A stretch of DNA of 64,000 bases. It comes from Eledone cirrhosa. Its lineage: Eukaryota. Shown here in pieces: positions 25,725 through 37,561 of this stretch. The number at the start of each line of letters is the position of its first letter. Positions within the stretch are counted from its first letter, which is position 1. The translations under genes and the position numbers were made by a program. Location: the NCBI GenBank assembly GCA_964016885.1, contig OZ024745.1, positions 43,648,001-43,712,000 on the forward strand. The letters are read 5' to 3'. Under the pieces are notes generated by a model. It ran no database searches. It had not been told where the DNA came from and saw nothing but the letters and a program-made list of their open reading frames with translations.

Positions 25725-26188
25725 ATGGCTAGTTTAGGCTTGAGTAATATAAAAACTATTGCCATTAGTGGACCGTCAGGGGTCAGGAGGAGCACCCAAG
25801 TTTAGTTACTTATTAAAGATTATCTGACAAACTTCACCTTCAGCGTTTCTCACACCACAAGAAACCATGAACTGGAGAAGTTGATGGCAAAGATTACCAT
25901 TTTAGCTCTCATAAAGAATTTGAGGAAATGATACCGAATAAAAAGTTTTTGGAAAGCGCTACATTTTCTGGCAATTATTATGGCACAAGTAAAGAAGCTG
26001 TTGAAAAGATCCAAAAGTCACGTCAGATATGTATTCTGGATGTAGAAATCAATGGAGTTAAAAGTATCAAACAATCTGATCTGAATGCAAGATATATATT
26101 TACAATATATTATTGTAAACGACAAGTGTGATAAAGCTTATCGAAAGTTAAAGAAATACTTCAGGAGGACATTGAGAAGCTGAAATGA
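25725..26188 (+). pseudogene. GUK1: Intronless guanylate kinase pseudogene
   Basis: ISGPSGVRRSTQV* (broken P-loop, stop), SVSHTTR, frameshift, GEVDGKDYHF, FSGNYYGTSKEAV, ICILDVEINGVKSIK, internal deletion, then YIIVNDKCDKAYRKLKEILQEDIEKLK*. Confidence 0.9.
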
Positions 26189-26392
26189 ATTTTGATGCTG
26201 TCATAATGTCTTGAATATCCAACACCAGAGATTTTTCTGAGAAGAGGAAAAAAGCACTTTTACCATTTTCCATTTAAGTATGGGTTTATCATTCTAATTC
26301 AACATCAAACTAGAAAGTTTTTTATAAAATGAAATTTTATTAAGCTGGTGTTTTGTAACAAAACTTAACAAAAGTTCTTAGATTAAATTATA

Positions 26393-26579
26393 ATTGTTTC
26401 TACTTTAGGCACAAGGCCAGCAATTACCCAGTGCATTACTGGTACTTTATTTTATCGACCCCGTAAGGATGAAAGGCAAAGTCAACCTCGGCGGGATTTG
26501 AACTCAGATCATAAAGGGACGTAACTATGCTGGAAAGCATGGCGTCAAACCCTCTACCGATACTGCCAATCCACCGCCC
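26393..26579 (-). mobile_element. SINE family A (tRNA-derived, Nin-domain-like), full length
   Basis: B-box-like gagttcaaatccc, core gcctttcatccttacggggtcgataaaat, attataat on both flanks. Confidence 0.9.
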
Positions 26580-27552
26580 TTTATTATAATGGAAGGTTTT
26601 AAGATAAATATAAACACTTTAAAATTAATAGTTTTTTTAATTGTATAACTAGGGGTAGTTTCAGGTAATTTGGTATCAAAAGGGTTAAAGATTTTATAGA
26701 TATGGTTGCTCCATTTGAAAAGCATAACCAAAACAAAAAATAAATCAAATATTATTAACATATTTAATGCAGAGGACATTAAAAAGCTAATTAGGAATAA
26801 CTATGTGCCAAGGAATAATAGAATTTTAGTCTATCACTAATATTATGTTTATTGTTTTAGCAAGTATGGAAAATAATTCTGGACATATTTTCATCTTATC
26901 ACAAGCTCATCAGCTAAGCATAGACTTGCCAAAGTAATGATGAGAGAATTACTAAGTAAATGTGCAATATTGTACATTAGTCAGCATAGAAAAATAGAAT
27001 TATTTAGAGAATAAATTACTGAGGTTAACATTTCTGTTTTACTGTTAATAAATATTATCTTCAGTCTGACTATTCAACATCATGATCATTTTACATCTGC
27101 TTTCCAGGCTGGTATGGGTTAGACAGGTTGTCCCACTCTAAGACCAGATGGATCAGAGTGACCTTATTTTATTCATATATTCCATATTTGACATGGTTTC
27201 AATGTCTAGATGCCCTCTTTAACACTAACCACTTTACAGTGTTTTTTGTGGCACCACCACTATCACAGAGTGTACTGGGTTCATTTTATCATAGCACCAG
27301 CACTAGAGAGGTTGTCATAGTCCAGACTGAGTCATCTTACCAAACACTATAGCCTCAAGTTTCTCACCATATTTATTTGTAGTGTCACATTGCTTGGTCC
27401 AGTGAACAATTCAGGTTCTTATTCCATAGCTAGACATTATGATCATTGATTCATTTCACAATAACTGAAGTCTTTTTATTTTTGTTTTGTTTTGTTTTTT
27501 AAATAGAATTCTGTTTATTTATTAATTTATTTTACCTTTTTACCACTGCCAG

Positions 27553-27718
27553 GAACCACTATTTGTTGCACGAGTCATCTACGACCTTTTATTCTTCTTC
27601 ATTGTAATCATTATTGTCTTGAACTTAATATTTGGTGTCATAATTGACACCTTTGCTGATCTGAGAAGTGAAAAACAGCAAAAAGAAGAAATATTAAAGA
27701 ACACTTGTTTTATTTGTG
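27553..27718 (+). CDS. ITPR: IP3 receptor exon, S6 gate helix
   Basis: [56 protein letters not shown]; cag/gtaagt. Confidence 0.98.
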
Positions 27719-27729
27719 GTAAGTCAATG

Positions 27730-28070
27730 TGTATTCCATACGTTTTCGTTCTGTGTCTCCCTGTTGTTCCATACTTTTTCTTTTGTTCCTGTTGTTATTC
27801 CAAACTTTTTTCTTTGTGTTTCCCTGTTGTTACATACTTGTTCTTTGTGTTTCCCTGTTGTTATTCCATACTTTTTACTTTCTGTGTCTCCCTGTTGTTC
27901 TATACTTTTTCTTTTTCCCTGTTGTTGTTCCATACTCGATCTGTGTGTGTTTCTTCTGTTTTTCCATACTTGTTCTTTGTGGGTTTTCCTGTTGTTCCAA
28001 ACCTTTTCTTTCTTTGTTTCCTTGTTGTTCCATACATGTTCTGTGTGTCCCCTTATTGTTGATCTTTCTT
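27730..28070. repeat. Degenerate ~30-bp pyrimidine-rich minisatellite
   Basis: Recurrent ccctgttgttccatactt core directly after the exon donor. Confidence 0.85.
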
Positions 28071-28262
28071 AGTATTGCATAATAGAAAAGCAGTTGAGAT
28101 ATTGTTCTCTTATCCATTGATAGTATAAAGTCAGAAAGTTGATGAAAATATATTTAATTTCATCCTGTGTACTCTACTATCAACATCCAAAAAGGATGAC
28201 TAATTTTTTATCCCTTAAATTTACTGACATATACATAATTTACTGACATATACAGACTATAC

Positions 28263-29205
28263 CAGCATTTCTCAACCTTGTGGAACCTTTGAAATACTTT
28301 TCATGTCTCAGGGAACTCCTGCATAAAAATTCATATATACCATTATTACAGGTAATTATCTAGATCTAGTTTTAAATGATATAAGAGGTTGAAGCCTTTA
28401 TTATAATAACCAAGTATTTTCCAACAATATGCTGTATGGGTATAGTAAATTTACAAATTAAAAAGAAATTACTAAAAAATGCATTAGCTTATTTATTACT
28501 GTTTCTCGTAGAACCTATAGCGATGAAGATAATATTATGTTGTGTTGGCATAATAGGAATAAGAGGAATATTGTTATCAAATTGTTATTTGTGAATTCCT
28601 TGTGTGTTACTATCAAGAAATGTAATGTTTTGTTGCTATGTGCGAGGCAATGTTAGCCAAAAGTGAATGTTGTTTGTAGTAAATGTGAATGTAACGTAGA
28701 AGTTGAAGTTAGTTGTTATTATCACCACGAAAGAAGAGTATTTGCTGTTGTAGTGATAAGAACCTTGGGAAAACTATTTTCCCCACATCACGTCCATAAG
28801 ACTTTAGGACTTTTTACACTATTTATTTACAAACCGAAAGGATTATAAAAGTTGTGTTGGCATGCCAAATAAAGAGAACAAACAAATCAAGAGTAATATG
28901 CGAAGAAGGCATGACATGTGGCCGACCAGGCCGAAGTTGAATGTTACCATTACATGTTGGCTAGTTGTTGATACTGAAAGGAAAATGGATGTTGACTTCC
29001 TCATGTTTAGGCAGCAACTGTTTAGAGTGCAAAACAAAAGAAGCAGGAAAATCTTCTAGCTGGGCGGAAGTTGATAATATCCATGCATGACTTACGATTG
29101 GTCTACAGTAACCAAATCACGTATGGATAGATTATTGTTACGCGCCATGATAATAGCTCTGCTACAAACCCTAGGGTTCTAGAGAACACCGATTGAGAAA
29201 TGCTG
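28263..29205. mobile_element. Non-autonomous hAT (Charlie-like) element
   Basis: 15-bp TIR cagcatttctcaacc / gattgagaaatgctg and exact 8-bp TSD gactatac. Confidence 0.9.
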
Positions 29206-29422
29206 GACTATACCATTCAGTCATTATCAAAACTTATGACTATTTAAGAATTAAATCTAACTAAATGGATAGATTTTTACTTGATTATCCATTAGCAGTG
29301 GAATTCTGTTTGGAGTATTGTTTTCATTTATCACAGTTTTGTTATTTCTCTTTCCCAGCCCTTAAGTAATTTATGAAAATCTTTTACAGAAGTATTATCA
29401 TCTGATATTTTATTATCATTAG

Positions 29423-29583
29423 GTTTGGACAGATCATCATTTGACAACAAAGCAGTGTCTTTTGAGGAACATTTAAAAACAGAACATTGTATGTGGTATT
29501 ATTTATTCTTCATTGTTTTGGTCAAAGTAAAAGATCCAACTGAATTTACTGGACCAGAAAGTTATGTCTATGCAATGATCAAG
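29423..29583 (+). CDS. ITPR: IP3 receptor exon, linker zinc-finger region
   Basis: [53 protein letters not shown]; tag/gttagt; phase consistent. Confidence 0.97.
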
Positions 29584-29799
29584 GTTAGTCAATAATTATC
29601 TTAAAACAATATATTTAATTTCAACTAGGATAAATTTATTTCTCAGTTAAAGATTCTTACTTTTCACATGTTTTTTTAATTGTTATGAAGGAAGTCAATC
29701 TACAACCATTAGTTTTGGGTTTAGTTTCTTCCTTCATATGACATCAGTAGAAAGAAAATTATATTTAAAATGTTATATCACATGAGGTTTCCATTGCAG

Positions 29800-29961
29800 G
29801 ATAAAAACTTGGATTGGTTCCCTCGTATGCGAGCCATGTCTTTGACAGCAGAGGAGAGTGATGGGGAACAGAATGAGCTACGGAATTTACAGCAGCAGCT
29901 TGATAACACAAATAAATTGGTCCTTACTCTCACACAACAACTCATAGACCTCAAAGAACAA
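29800..29961 (+). CDS. ITPR: IP3 receptor exon, C-terminal coiled coil
   Basis: [54 protein letters not shown]; cag/gtaagt. Confidence 0.97.
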
Positions 29962-30716
29962 GTAAGTTTACTTTTGGATAAATTCTCAACAATATTGCCA
30001 AATTGGTAAGATCATTAAAGTGTCAAACAAAATGCCTTACAGCATTTATTTCAGCTCCTTGCAATCTGATTTTAAATCCTGCTGAGATCAAGTTTACCTT
30101 TCATCCTTCCAGGTCCATTAAAGTATCGGTCAAGGATATGACTGGCAGAATTTGTTCTGGAATTTGGCATTCTGAGTTCAATCTTGCCATGGCCTATTTG
30201 GGTAGTAGACTTAATTCATTGATCAGATTAAGTGACTCTTAGATGTAGAGTCCACTTTGTTCCAAGCATTCAAGCCAGGTCTCCAGCTGAGGGATATCTT
30301 CATCTCTTTCTCCCTCTAATCACAGAACTCCTGAAAAGGGTCACAGGCACTCCCATGTCTTCTGATTAAGTGAATAAAAAAAATCCTTCTTCAGATCAGC
30401 AGGGTTGTTGCTATTGTTTAGTCCAGGTCAGCCTTAATAGAAGACATTCTATGATCAAAGACATTCCAGTCCTTACCATCCAATACTTTATTTATATTTT
30501 ATTTACAACTACATCCCTCAATGCATCATTTTTTTTAATACAGCAGGAAATTATTTTAGGGAGATTTTGTTGCTCTTTTTTGCAGCTTTAGTGGCTACAT
30601 AGAGGCTCTCTCATTGACTTAGGTTTTTGTTGTTGTTGTTTTTTTAAATTAATAGTGCTTTGTTCATCATCAACTTCACTTTTGAATTTATATTGTTTCT
30701 CTTTTTCTTCCATTAG

Positions 30717-30800
30717 ATGACTGAACAAAGGAAACAGAAACAACGTTTTGGATTGCTACATTCTAACACAGTACCAATGGCAAATAATCAGAATGCTTGA
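30717..30800 (+). CDS. ITPR: IP3 receptor last coding exon
   Basis: Pyrimidine tract plus tag acceptor; MTEQRKQKQRFGLLHSNTVPMANNQNA*. Confidence 0.96.
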   Translation: MTEQRKQKQRFGLLHSNTVPMANNQNA

Positions 30801-31305
30801 TCCCATCATTCTTGGCTAAATGTTTGACTAATAACTTTTTGTTTGTTCTATGGAAGCTATTGATGTTCTCAATGTCATGTGATGTTTGTGCTATATCAGG
30901 TTCTCAAAGCTGCTGTACTGCTGCTCTCATAGAGAATTGGTCTTTAATCTGCTGCTACCATAGAGAATTCATTGCAAATATCTTATTCTATTCACATTGA
31001 GTAGAATATTAAACCTTATATGAGTAATCACTTGCTTAAGGGGTTTTTTGGTTCTATATTTTCTATTTGTATTTAATTCTGGAGGTCCTATATTTTCCAG
31101 TTTTCCTTTCATAGATTAAAATAACATAAAGACCCTAATCCTAACTTAATACCATTCAATATTTTTTTTACTAACAACTCAAAATTACAATAAAATCAAA
31201 CAGTCATTCTTCCAAAAAATTTCTGTGGTTTTTTTTAGTTATGTTTGTAGCTGACCTACAAACATTTCTACATGTTACCCAGAAAAACCTTTTTTTAAAT
31301 ATATA

Positions 31306-31587
31306 CAAAGTATAAATTTTAAAGCTAACTTAAAGTTAATGGCTTCATTGCACATTTTTGACTGATAAATAGTTCAATAAGTTAGGCATATAAGCCCCTC
31401 AACAGAAAAAAGTGAATAGTGTTACCCATCGCAGCCACATGGTATATAGCATGTGTGAGTTTGTGCCCCATGGGTGACACTGTACACCTTTTTCCATCCA
31501 GAGACTTATATCCCCAACTTAATAGACTATTTTCCATACATGCATTGACGCTATTAAATTTAAGTTAGCTTTAAAATTCAAAATTTG
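31306..31587. mobile_element. Long-TIR fold-back MITE
   Basis: About 90-bp imperfect inverted arms (aattttaaagctaacttaaa / tttaagttagctttaaaatt), flanked by TA. Confidence 0.75.
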
Positions 31588-32303
31588 TAACTCACTCAAT
31601 GGTTTTAAAAATAGACTGTTTATATACTAAGTATATCTCTCTTGGAGAAGTTATTCTGAAATGATCGAAAATGGAATTGATCGAACTATTGTTGGCATAT
31701 ATATATATGGAAGAATTAATCAAATTATATAGTATATGCATTAATGCCATTGGCTTTGTGTGTTGGCATGAGTGCTTCATCATACAAGTGTGTGAATGTG
31801 AATATATATGCTCAAATTATATTTCAATATTTGATTACACATACTAGCAGTGATGTATATATGGAGAAAATGCAGAAGAGTCTTTCTGTGTGCAATTTTT
31901 AAGTGTGTGATAAAAAGCCCAACATATAATGGTGAGTGATGCTCTCTTTATACAAAATAATAAGGTTGAGTAGTGCTGTGATATTTATTAATTTCTCAAT
32001 TACTCTTTACAGGTTAATATCTAATGTGGATTTTAAAAAAAAATATCTATTGTTGCTTTCTCAGCAAGATTGTTAACATTGAGTCGAACATACTTAGTCC
32101 CACCTACGCATATATATATAAAGTGGCATTTTCTGCACGGATGCAAGGCTTGTTTAAGACATAAATGAATGAAAATAATAAATCTGATTTTAAAATAGAT
32201 ATTTTGTTTTATGAGAGACAGTTAGAAAGAGGACATACATGATATATGTACCTACTTCAATTATATTGTTTTGCATGCTGTAGCTTAAGTATCAGGAGAT
32301 GCC

Positions 32304-32374
<71 letters not shown>

Positions 32375-33424
32375 CACACAAATATATAGACATTTACTGT
32401 CATTGTTAAAAAAAAACCATTTCCTAATCATTTAATCATTTTCATTTTCTTTAACCGACTCGCCAATATTTTTACTGTAATCTATATAATTCTATAATGG
32501 TTAAAGGGAAACATTTTTCTACTTTGTTTTAAATTTATTTTGTTTTCAATAATACTCCATCAGATGTTAATTATACTAACTTGTGTTGGATGGTTGTTGC
32601 TGCTGTTAATTTCTACACTGCATGTCATTATGTGTGTCACATACATGTGCACAATTTCTGCTGACCTGCATCCCAATTTTTTATTTATTTATTTCTGTGT
32701 TTTAAATTTAACACTTTTTAACTTGTGACTTATTTACTCCCTGCCAAAAATAAAGAAGTAACAATACTAATCTGTTACTAATTAAATGTTTCAAAAGAAG
32801 CATATATATATATATATCATTGCCATTTAATGTCCACCTTGTATATATAATATATATGTGTGTGTTTAAAAGGTCTCTAGTATGAAGAGTTTTTCTATTG
32901 ATACAATTAAGTATTTAGTTTACTACAGAGAATCTGGTACTAATTTATCTAGTAACCACAACTTGACAGAAACCAGATATTGAGGGTGATTGTGGCCCAG
33001 TCATGTTTATCCACTTATTAACAGTGTAATGAGTTGGTTTTAATTTTAATTTTATTTTACTGGGTAATTGTTTTCTGTGTGATGTGTTTTGGGCTATTTT
33101 AAGCTTGTTGTGTTTAGTTGTGCATAGGGTGGTGGAAGGAAAAAATATATTTGCACATGTTTGTGTATTATTTATTATTACTATTTTGTTTGATTTTTGT
33201 TAGATGAAATTTCTCAAAAATCAGACAATCTTCTGATAAATTATTTAGGTCAGCTAAGACTAAGAGAAAAGTAATAGAAATCTCATTGTTAGATTTGCCT
33301 TTGTGTGTGTCTAATCTATGTAATGATTATCATTTTTGTTAGAAATGTGATCAATTTTAACCCATAAATTCACACACATACGCATATATATATATATTGT
33401 GTGTGAATTATATATATATATATA

Positions 33425-33555
33425 TATATATATAACTGTGTGATCATCATATTTATATATATATATATATACATATATAACTGTGTGATCATCATATATA
33501 TATATACATATATAACTGTGTGATCATATATATATACACATATAACTGTGTGATC

Positions 33556-33599
<44 letters not shown>

Positions 33600-33616
33600 A
33601 CTGTGTGATCATTATA

Positions 33617-33648
<32 letters not shown>

Positions 33649-33669
33649 CACATATAACTGTGTGATCAT

Positions 33670-33703
<34 letters not shown>

Positions 33704-33714
33704 ACTGTGTGATC

Positions 33715-33766
<52 letters not shown>

Positions 33767-33885
33767 ACTGTGTGATCATTATATATATATATATATATAC
33801 ACATATAACTGTATGTGAACATCATGTATATACATAAATAATATATGTGAATTATATATATATATATATATAAACTGTGCGTGAC
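33425..33885. repeat. Minisatellite: constant core separated by variable (TA)n
   Basis: About 8-9 copies of cacatataactgtgtgatcatt separated by TA runs of differing length. Confidence 0.9.
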
Positions 33886-34101
33886 TACAGATCATCATGT
33901 TCAAGAAGCCATCGAATCCATTGTATAAATGAGACGACTGCCATGTGGCAATTTTTTGGAGTCATGGTATTTTCTCAGCCCTGACTAATCCACCGACTTT
34001 ACCAAAGTTAGACTAACTACATCATGTATTGATCTAACTAATGCAAGACGAATCATGCAATTAAAATTTTGAAAAAAGAGAAAAATGCAATTTTATGGAA
34101 C

Positions 34102-34107
34102 AATAAA
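34102..34107 (+). promoter_or_regulatory. Candidate distal ITPR polyadenylation signal
   Basis: AATAAA followed by T-rich DNA just before TE-dense sequence; other AATAAA exist upstream. Confidence 0.3.
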
Positions 34108-34439
34108 ATTTATTTATTTTAACATTGACTTTTATCTTAAATTATTTATGTTTGGTATTTCATTCATTTTTCTCATCTTACCACATTTACTTTTTTCTCT
34201 TAATCCTAAACAATATGTATTGTTACATTATAGTTGTATGGCTTAGGGGTTAAAGTGTTCAGCTTACAATCCTAAGGTCATGAGTTATATTTCAGGTGGC
34301 ACATTGTGTCCTTGAAGAAAATGTCATTTCACATTGCTCCAGTCCCCTCAACTAGAAAAAATGAGTTGTACCTGTAAATTTAAAGAACCAACCTTATCAC
34401 ACACCATATCATACAGAATCTCCTTTAAAACAACTTTAA

Positions 34440-34647
34440 CTCTTTAGCATTTAAACCAGCTGTATTCGGTCAGAATTTTCTCATCTCCTTCTGTTCAAAC
34501 CAGCCATAACTGGCTATTAATACTGATGTTAAGGTATTGTCCTCAAAATAAATCATATCAAAATCTCATAGATTCAATATTATGTGAGGAAAAACCTTTA
34601 CCATGAAAATATAATAGTAAATATAGAGTAATGTAAATGCTAAAGGG
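34440..34647 (+). mobile_element. piggyBac-type MITE family 1
   Basis: TTAA|CTCTTTAGCATTTA...TAAATGCTAAAGGG|TTAA. Confidence 0.9.
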
Positions 34648-34852
34648 TTAAGGGTACACATGTCTGTGGAATCTAAATTAAATTAACAAGTAGATTTATC
34701 ATTGGAACTGACTCAACACAGTTTATAAAGGATCCATGAAGATTGGAAGAATGTAGGAATACTCAGCCACTTCCACATTAATTTCCCAATCAAGTAAAAA
34801 CCAGCCTTAATACACATTGTGTCATACAGAATCTCCTTCCGAACAACTTTAA

Positions 34853-35060
34853 CCCTTTAGCATGTACATTACTCTATATATACTAATATATTTCCATGGT
34901 AATGGCTTTACCTCACATATTATCGAATCTATGAGATTTTGATATTATTTATTTTGAGAACAATACCTTAAAGTTGGTAGGAGAGGCCAGTTATGGCTGG
35001 TTTCAACAGAAAGAGGTGAGATAATTCTGGCCGGATATGGCCAGTTTAAGTGCTGAAGAG
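34853..35060 (-). mobile_element. piggyBac-type MITE family 1, inverted copy
   Basis: TTAA flanks; internal sequence is the reverse complement of 34440-34647. Confidence 0.9.
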
Positions 35061-35371
35061 TTAAGGGTACACTTCCATATTAATTTCTCAATCAAGAACC
35101 AGCCTTAACAAACTGAATCTCCTTCAGAACAACTTTGAGGGTACACTTGCATATAAATTTCAAAAGTAGGCTGTTAGTCAACACATACAGAGTTTATAGA
35201 GAATCCATTGAAATTGGAAGAATGAAGGACTGTGAGTGGATAGAGCTGTGACTAATACAGAACATAAAAGGCTGGCATACATGTTGTGTGTAGAAAACCA
35301 GTTCAAAACAAAAATGGATTTCGAATTAAATAGCTATGTACTAAGTTTTTTTCTTACGTTTTTTTTAATTA

Positions 35372-36155
35372 TAGATAACATGCTTCTGACCCATAGAGTA
35401 ACACACTTTCAGCTGTAGCTTTGAAGAACATATGCTTTAGTCTCCTTGAGAGAGATAGTTGTCATATTTTATTAAGTTTGTTTATGGCCGACCATGTTAA
35501 GGCTTTTCTGATGTTGATTTCTTTTTCTGTTGACGAGATCCAACCTCCGAGATATTTGAATCAGAAACTTCTTTAATAGTTTCGCCATTTGAAGCACTCA
35601 GCTGACCATGTGTATTAAATATCATAAATTTGGTCTTGGTCTCATTTATTTTCAACCCTACTTTTATCATTGCCTCTTCCAGCCAAATGAAAAGAGTTTG
35701 AGCATCTGCTATATTGTTTGATATTAGACAGATGTCATCTGCATAATTCATGTCAATGAATTTGTGATGAAGTTGTTTCCTAGCAGTGGTTCAGTTTAAA
35801 GTAAAACCACAATTCTCATGACCTTGAACAGTACATCTAACAACATAATCTATCATTATAAAATGTGCGGTGGATTGGCAGTATCGGTGGAGGGTCGGAC
35901 ACCATGCTTTCCAGCATAGTTACGTCCCTTTACGATCTGAGTTCAAATCCCGCCGAGGTTGACTTTGCCTTTCATCCTTACGGGGTCGATAAAATAAAGT
36001 ACCAGTAATGCACTGGGTAATTGCTGGCCTTGTGCCTAAAGTAGAAACAATTATAAAATGTATGGAAATAGAGTATCACGCTGAAGTACTCCATTCTTAA
36101 TTTCAAAGAAATCGGTTTCGCCATCATCAGACATCACTTTTACCATGATATTCTT
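35372..36155 (-). mobile_element. RTE/RTEX-like LINE reverse transcriptase fragment (inverted part)
   Basis: GETDFFEIKNGVLQRDTLFPY, MNYADDICLIS, VGLKINETKTKFM, AESVLLYGSEA; stops and frameshifts; interrupted by a SINE. Confidence 0.9.
35867..36049 (+). mobile_element. SINE family A, full length
   Basis: Exact 12-bp TSD attataaaatgt (35855-35866 and 36050-36061). Confidence 0.95.
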
Positions 36156-36500
36156 AATAAAACCGTTGAAAAAAGACTAAATGGATGTTACACAAGACTC
36201 CTGAAACATGCTTTCAACATATCTTAGCAACAGAGAGTCACAAATGGAGAACTCTATCTGGATAGTCCTCCCGTGTTGGATATTGTTCGTCTAAGGATAG
36301 GTTTTGCAGGACATTGTTACAAAGCAAGTGCGTCAGCTGTGTTCTTTTATGGAAGCCTACGCATGGTCATAGAAGTAAAGGTCATCCTGCAACAATGTAT
36401 CTGAATATGCTATGTGCTGACACGGGAGGAAATTTAACAGATCTTAGAGTGATAATACTAGATCGAGACAAATGGAAGGAATACTGTTCATTGGATCGAG
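36152..36500 (+). mobile_element. RTE/RTEX-like LINE 3' part
   Basis: EKRLNGCYTRLLKHAFNIS, FAGHCYK, LLWKPTHGHRSKGHPATMY..DTG, DRDKWK. Confidence 0.85.
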
Positions 36501-37049
36501 GAAACTCATGTGTAGGTGACATAAAATCATAAAATAGAAGCAAAAAAATATAAATTAAGGGAAGTGAGAGGAAGGCATAACCTAAGAATCTATTATGATA
36601 TTAATAGGGTAGATATTGGGAATAGTATAGCCATGAAAGATTAAGTTGGGTTCTGGGCATACTGCATAAGAAAGGAGTTTGGCCAGATTTTCTTATCACA
36701 CTTCATCAACAGTTTTATATTAAACACGTTCTCAATTTCTCTTGGGTAGCAAAGTATAATTGAATTATGTTTGGGGCTTTTTTATCCCTTTTGGCAGGAT
36801 GAAAATAAACAGACATAGTGTCAAGTCTAAAAACTGCAGCCATCGGCAGCTTACCATTGTGGCTCACCAGAACAAACTGTAAAATACATACTGAATGAGT
36901 GCCCAAATATCCGTCAACCTGAGTGTGTGGACCTCGTGCACCCTAATCCCACTACTGTGAGCTTGTTGCAGTACCTGATGAATGCCATGTGATTACCGTT
37001 TCATATGAAAGAAGAGGACTACTTCCATGCATCTGCCACATATAAAATA

Positions 37050-37390
37050 TACCTTTTCTGTTAACCTGCACCTTTTTCAAACTAATATTTTGCATTCAGG
37101 ACATTAAATAGAATTTCAGCTTATTCCTTTTCTTCATATTAAATACAGCCATTCTCTTAATGACAACAGACTCTTGCCTTCTTTCCTACTTATTAAAACT
37201 TTAGTCTTTGTAAGGTTTACTTAGAGTCCTTTTGAATCTAGATTTAGTATCTACGACTGGAATTTCTTCTTTAATTCTTTCATATATTCAACTATAAGAG
37301 CCAGACCATCAGCATACAGGACTTCCTCTGAACTACTGACTTGAAACTCCTCTATAATGAACTAGAGGGCTATAATGAAGATAAATAATG
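37050..37390 (-). mobile_element. Decayed RTE (BovB-like) RT fragment
   Basis: EVLYADGLALIVE..NLDSKGL*VNLTKTKVL with many stops. Confidence 0.7.
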
Positions 37391-37555
37391 GTGTCTAACT
37401 TATGCACTAAGGCAACAATTTGGTGGAGAAGGGAAAAGTCAAATATATTGGCCCCAATATATGGTACTTTATTTTATAGACACCAGAAGGATGAACAGCA
37501 CAGTTGACCTCAGTGAGATATGAACAACAACAACAACAATGAAATAATGCATGTG

Positions 37556-37561
37556 TTTATT
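37556..37561 (-). promoter_or_regulatory. Candidate MMACHC polyadenylation signal
   Basis: AATAAA on - strand followed about 20 nt later by a (TTG)n GU-rich tract. Confidence 0.35.

Noticed and set aside
25928-26131. Functional guanylate kinase gene
   Set aside because: Upstream stop, frameshift, lost P-loop GKST and internal deletion
27719-28117. Hydrophobic extension of the ITPR S6 ORF and overlapping ORFs
   Set aside because: Read-through past a canonical gtaagt donor into a pyrimidine-rich minisatellite
28862-29059. Captured gene inside the hAT element
   Set aside because: 65-aa ORF with no motif I recognise
33425-33885. CRISPR-like repeat-spacer array
   Set aside because: Spacers are only (TA)n runs
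35867-35955. tRNA gene
   Set aside because: A/B-box-like head of a multi-copy SINE with TSD; no cloverleaf
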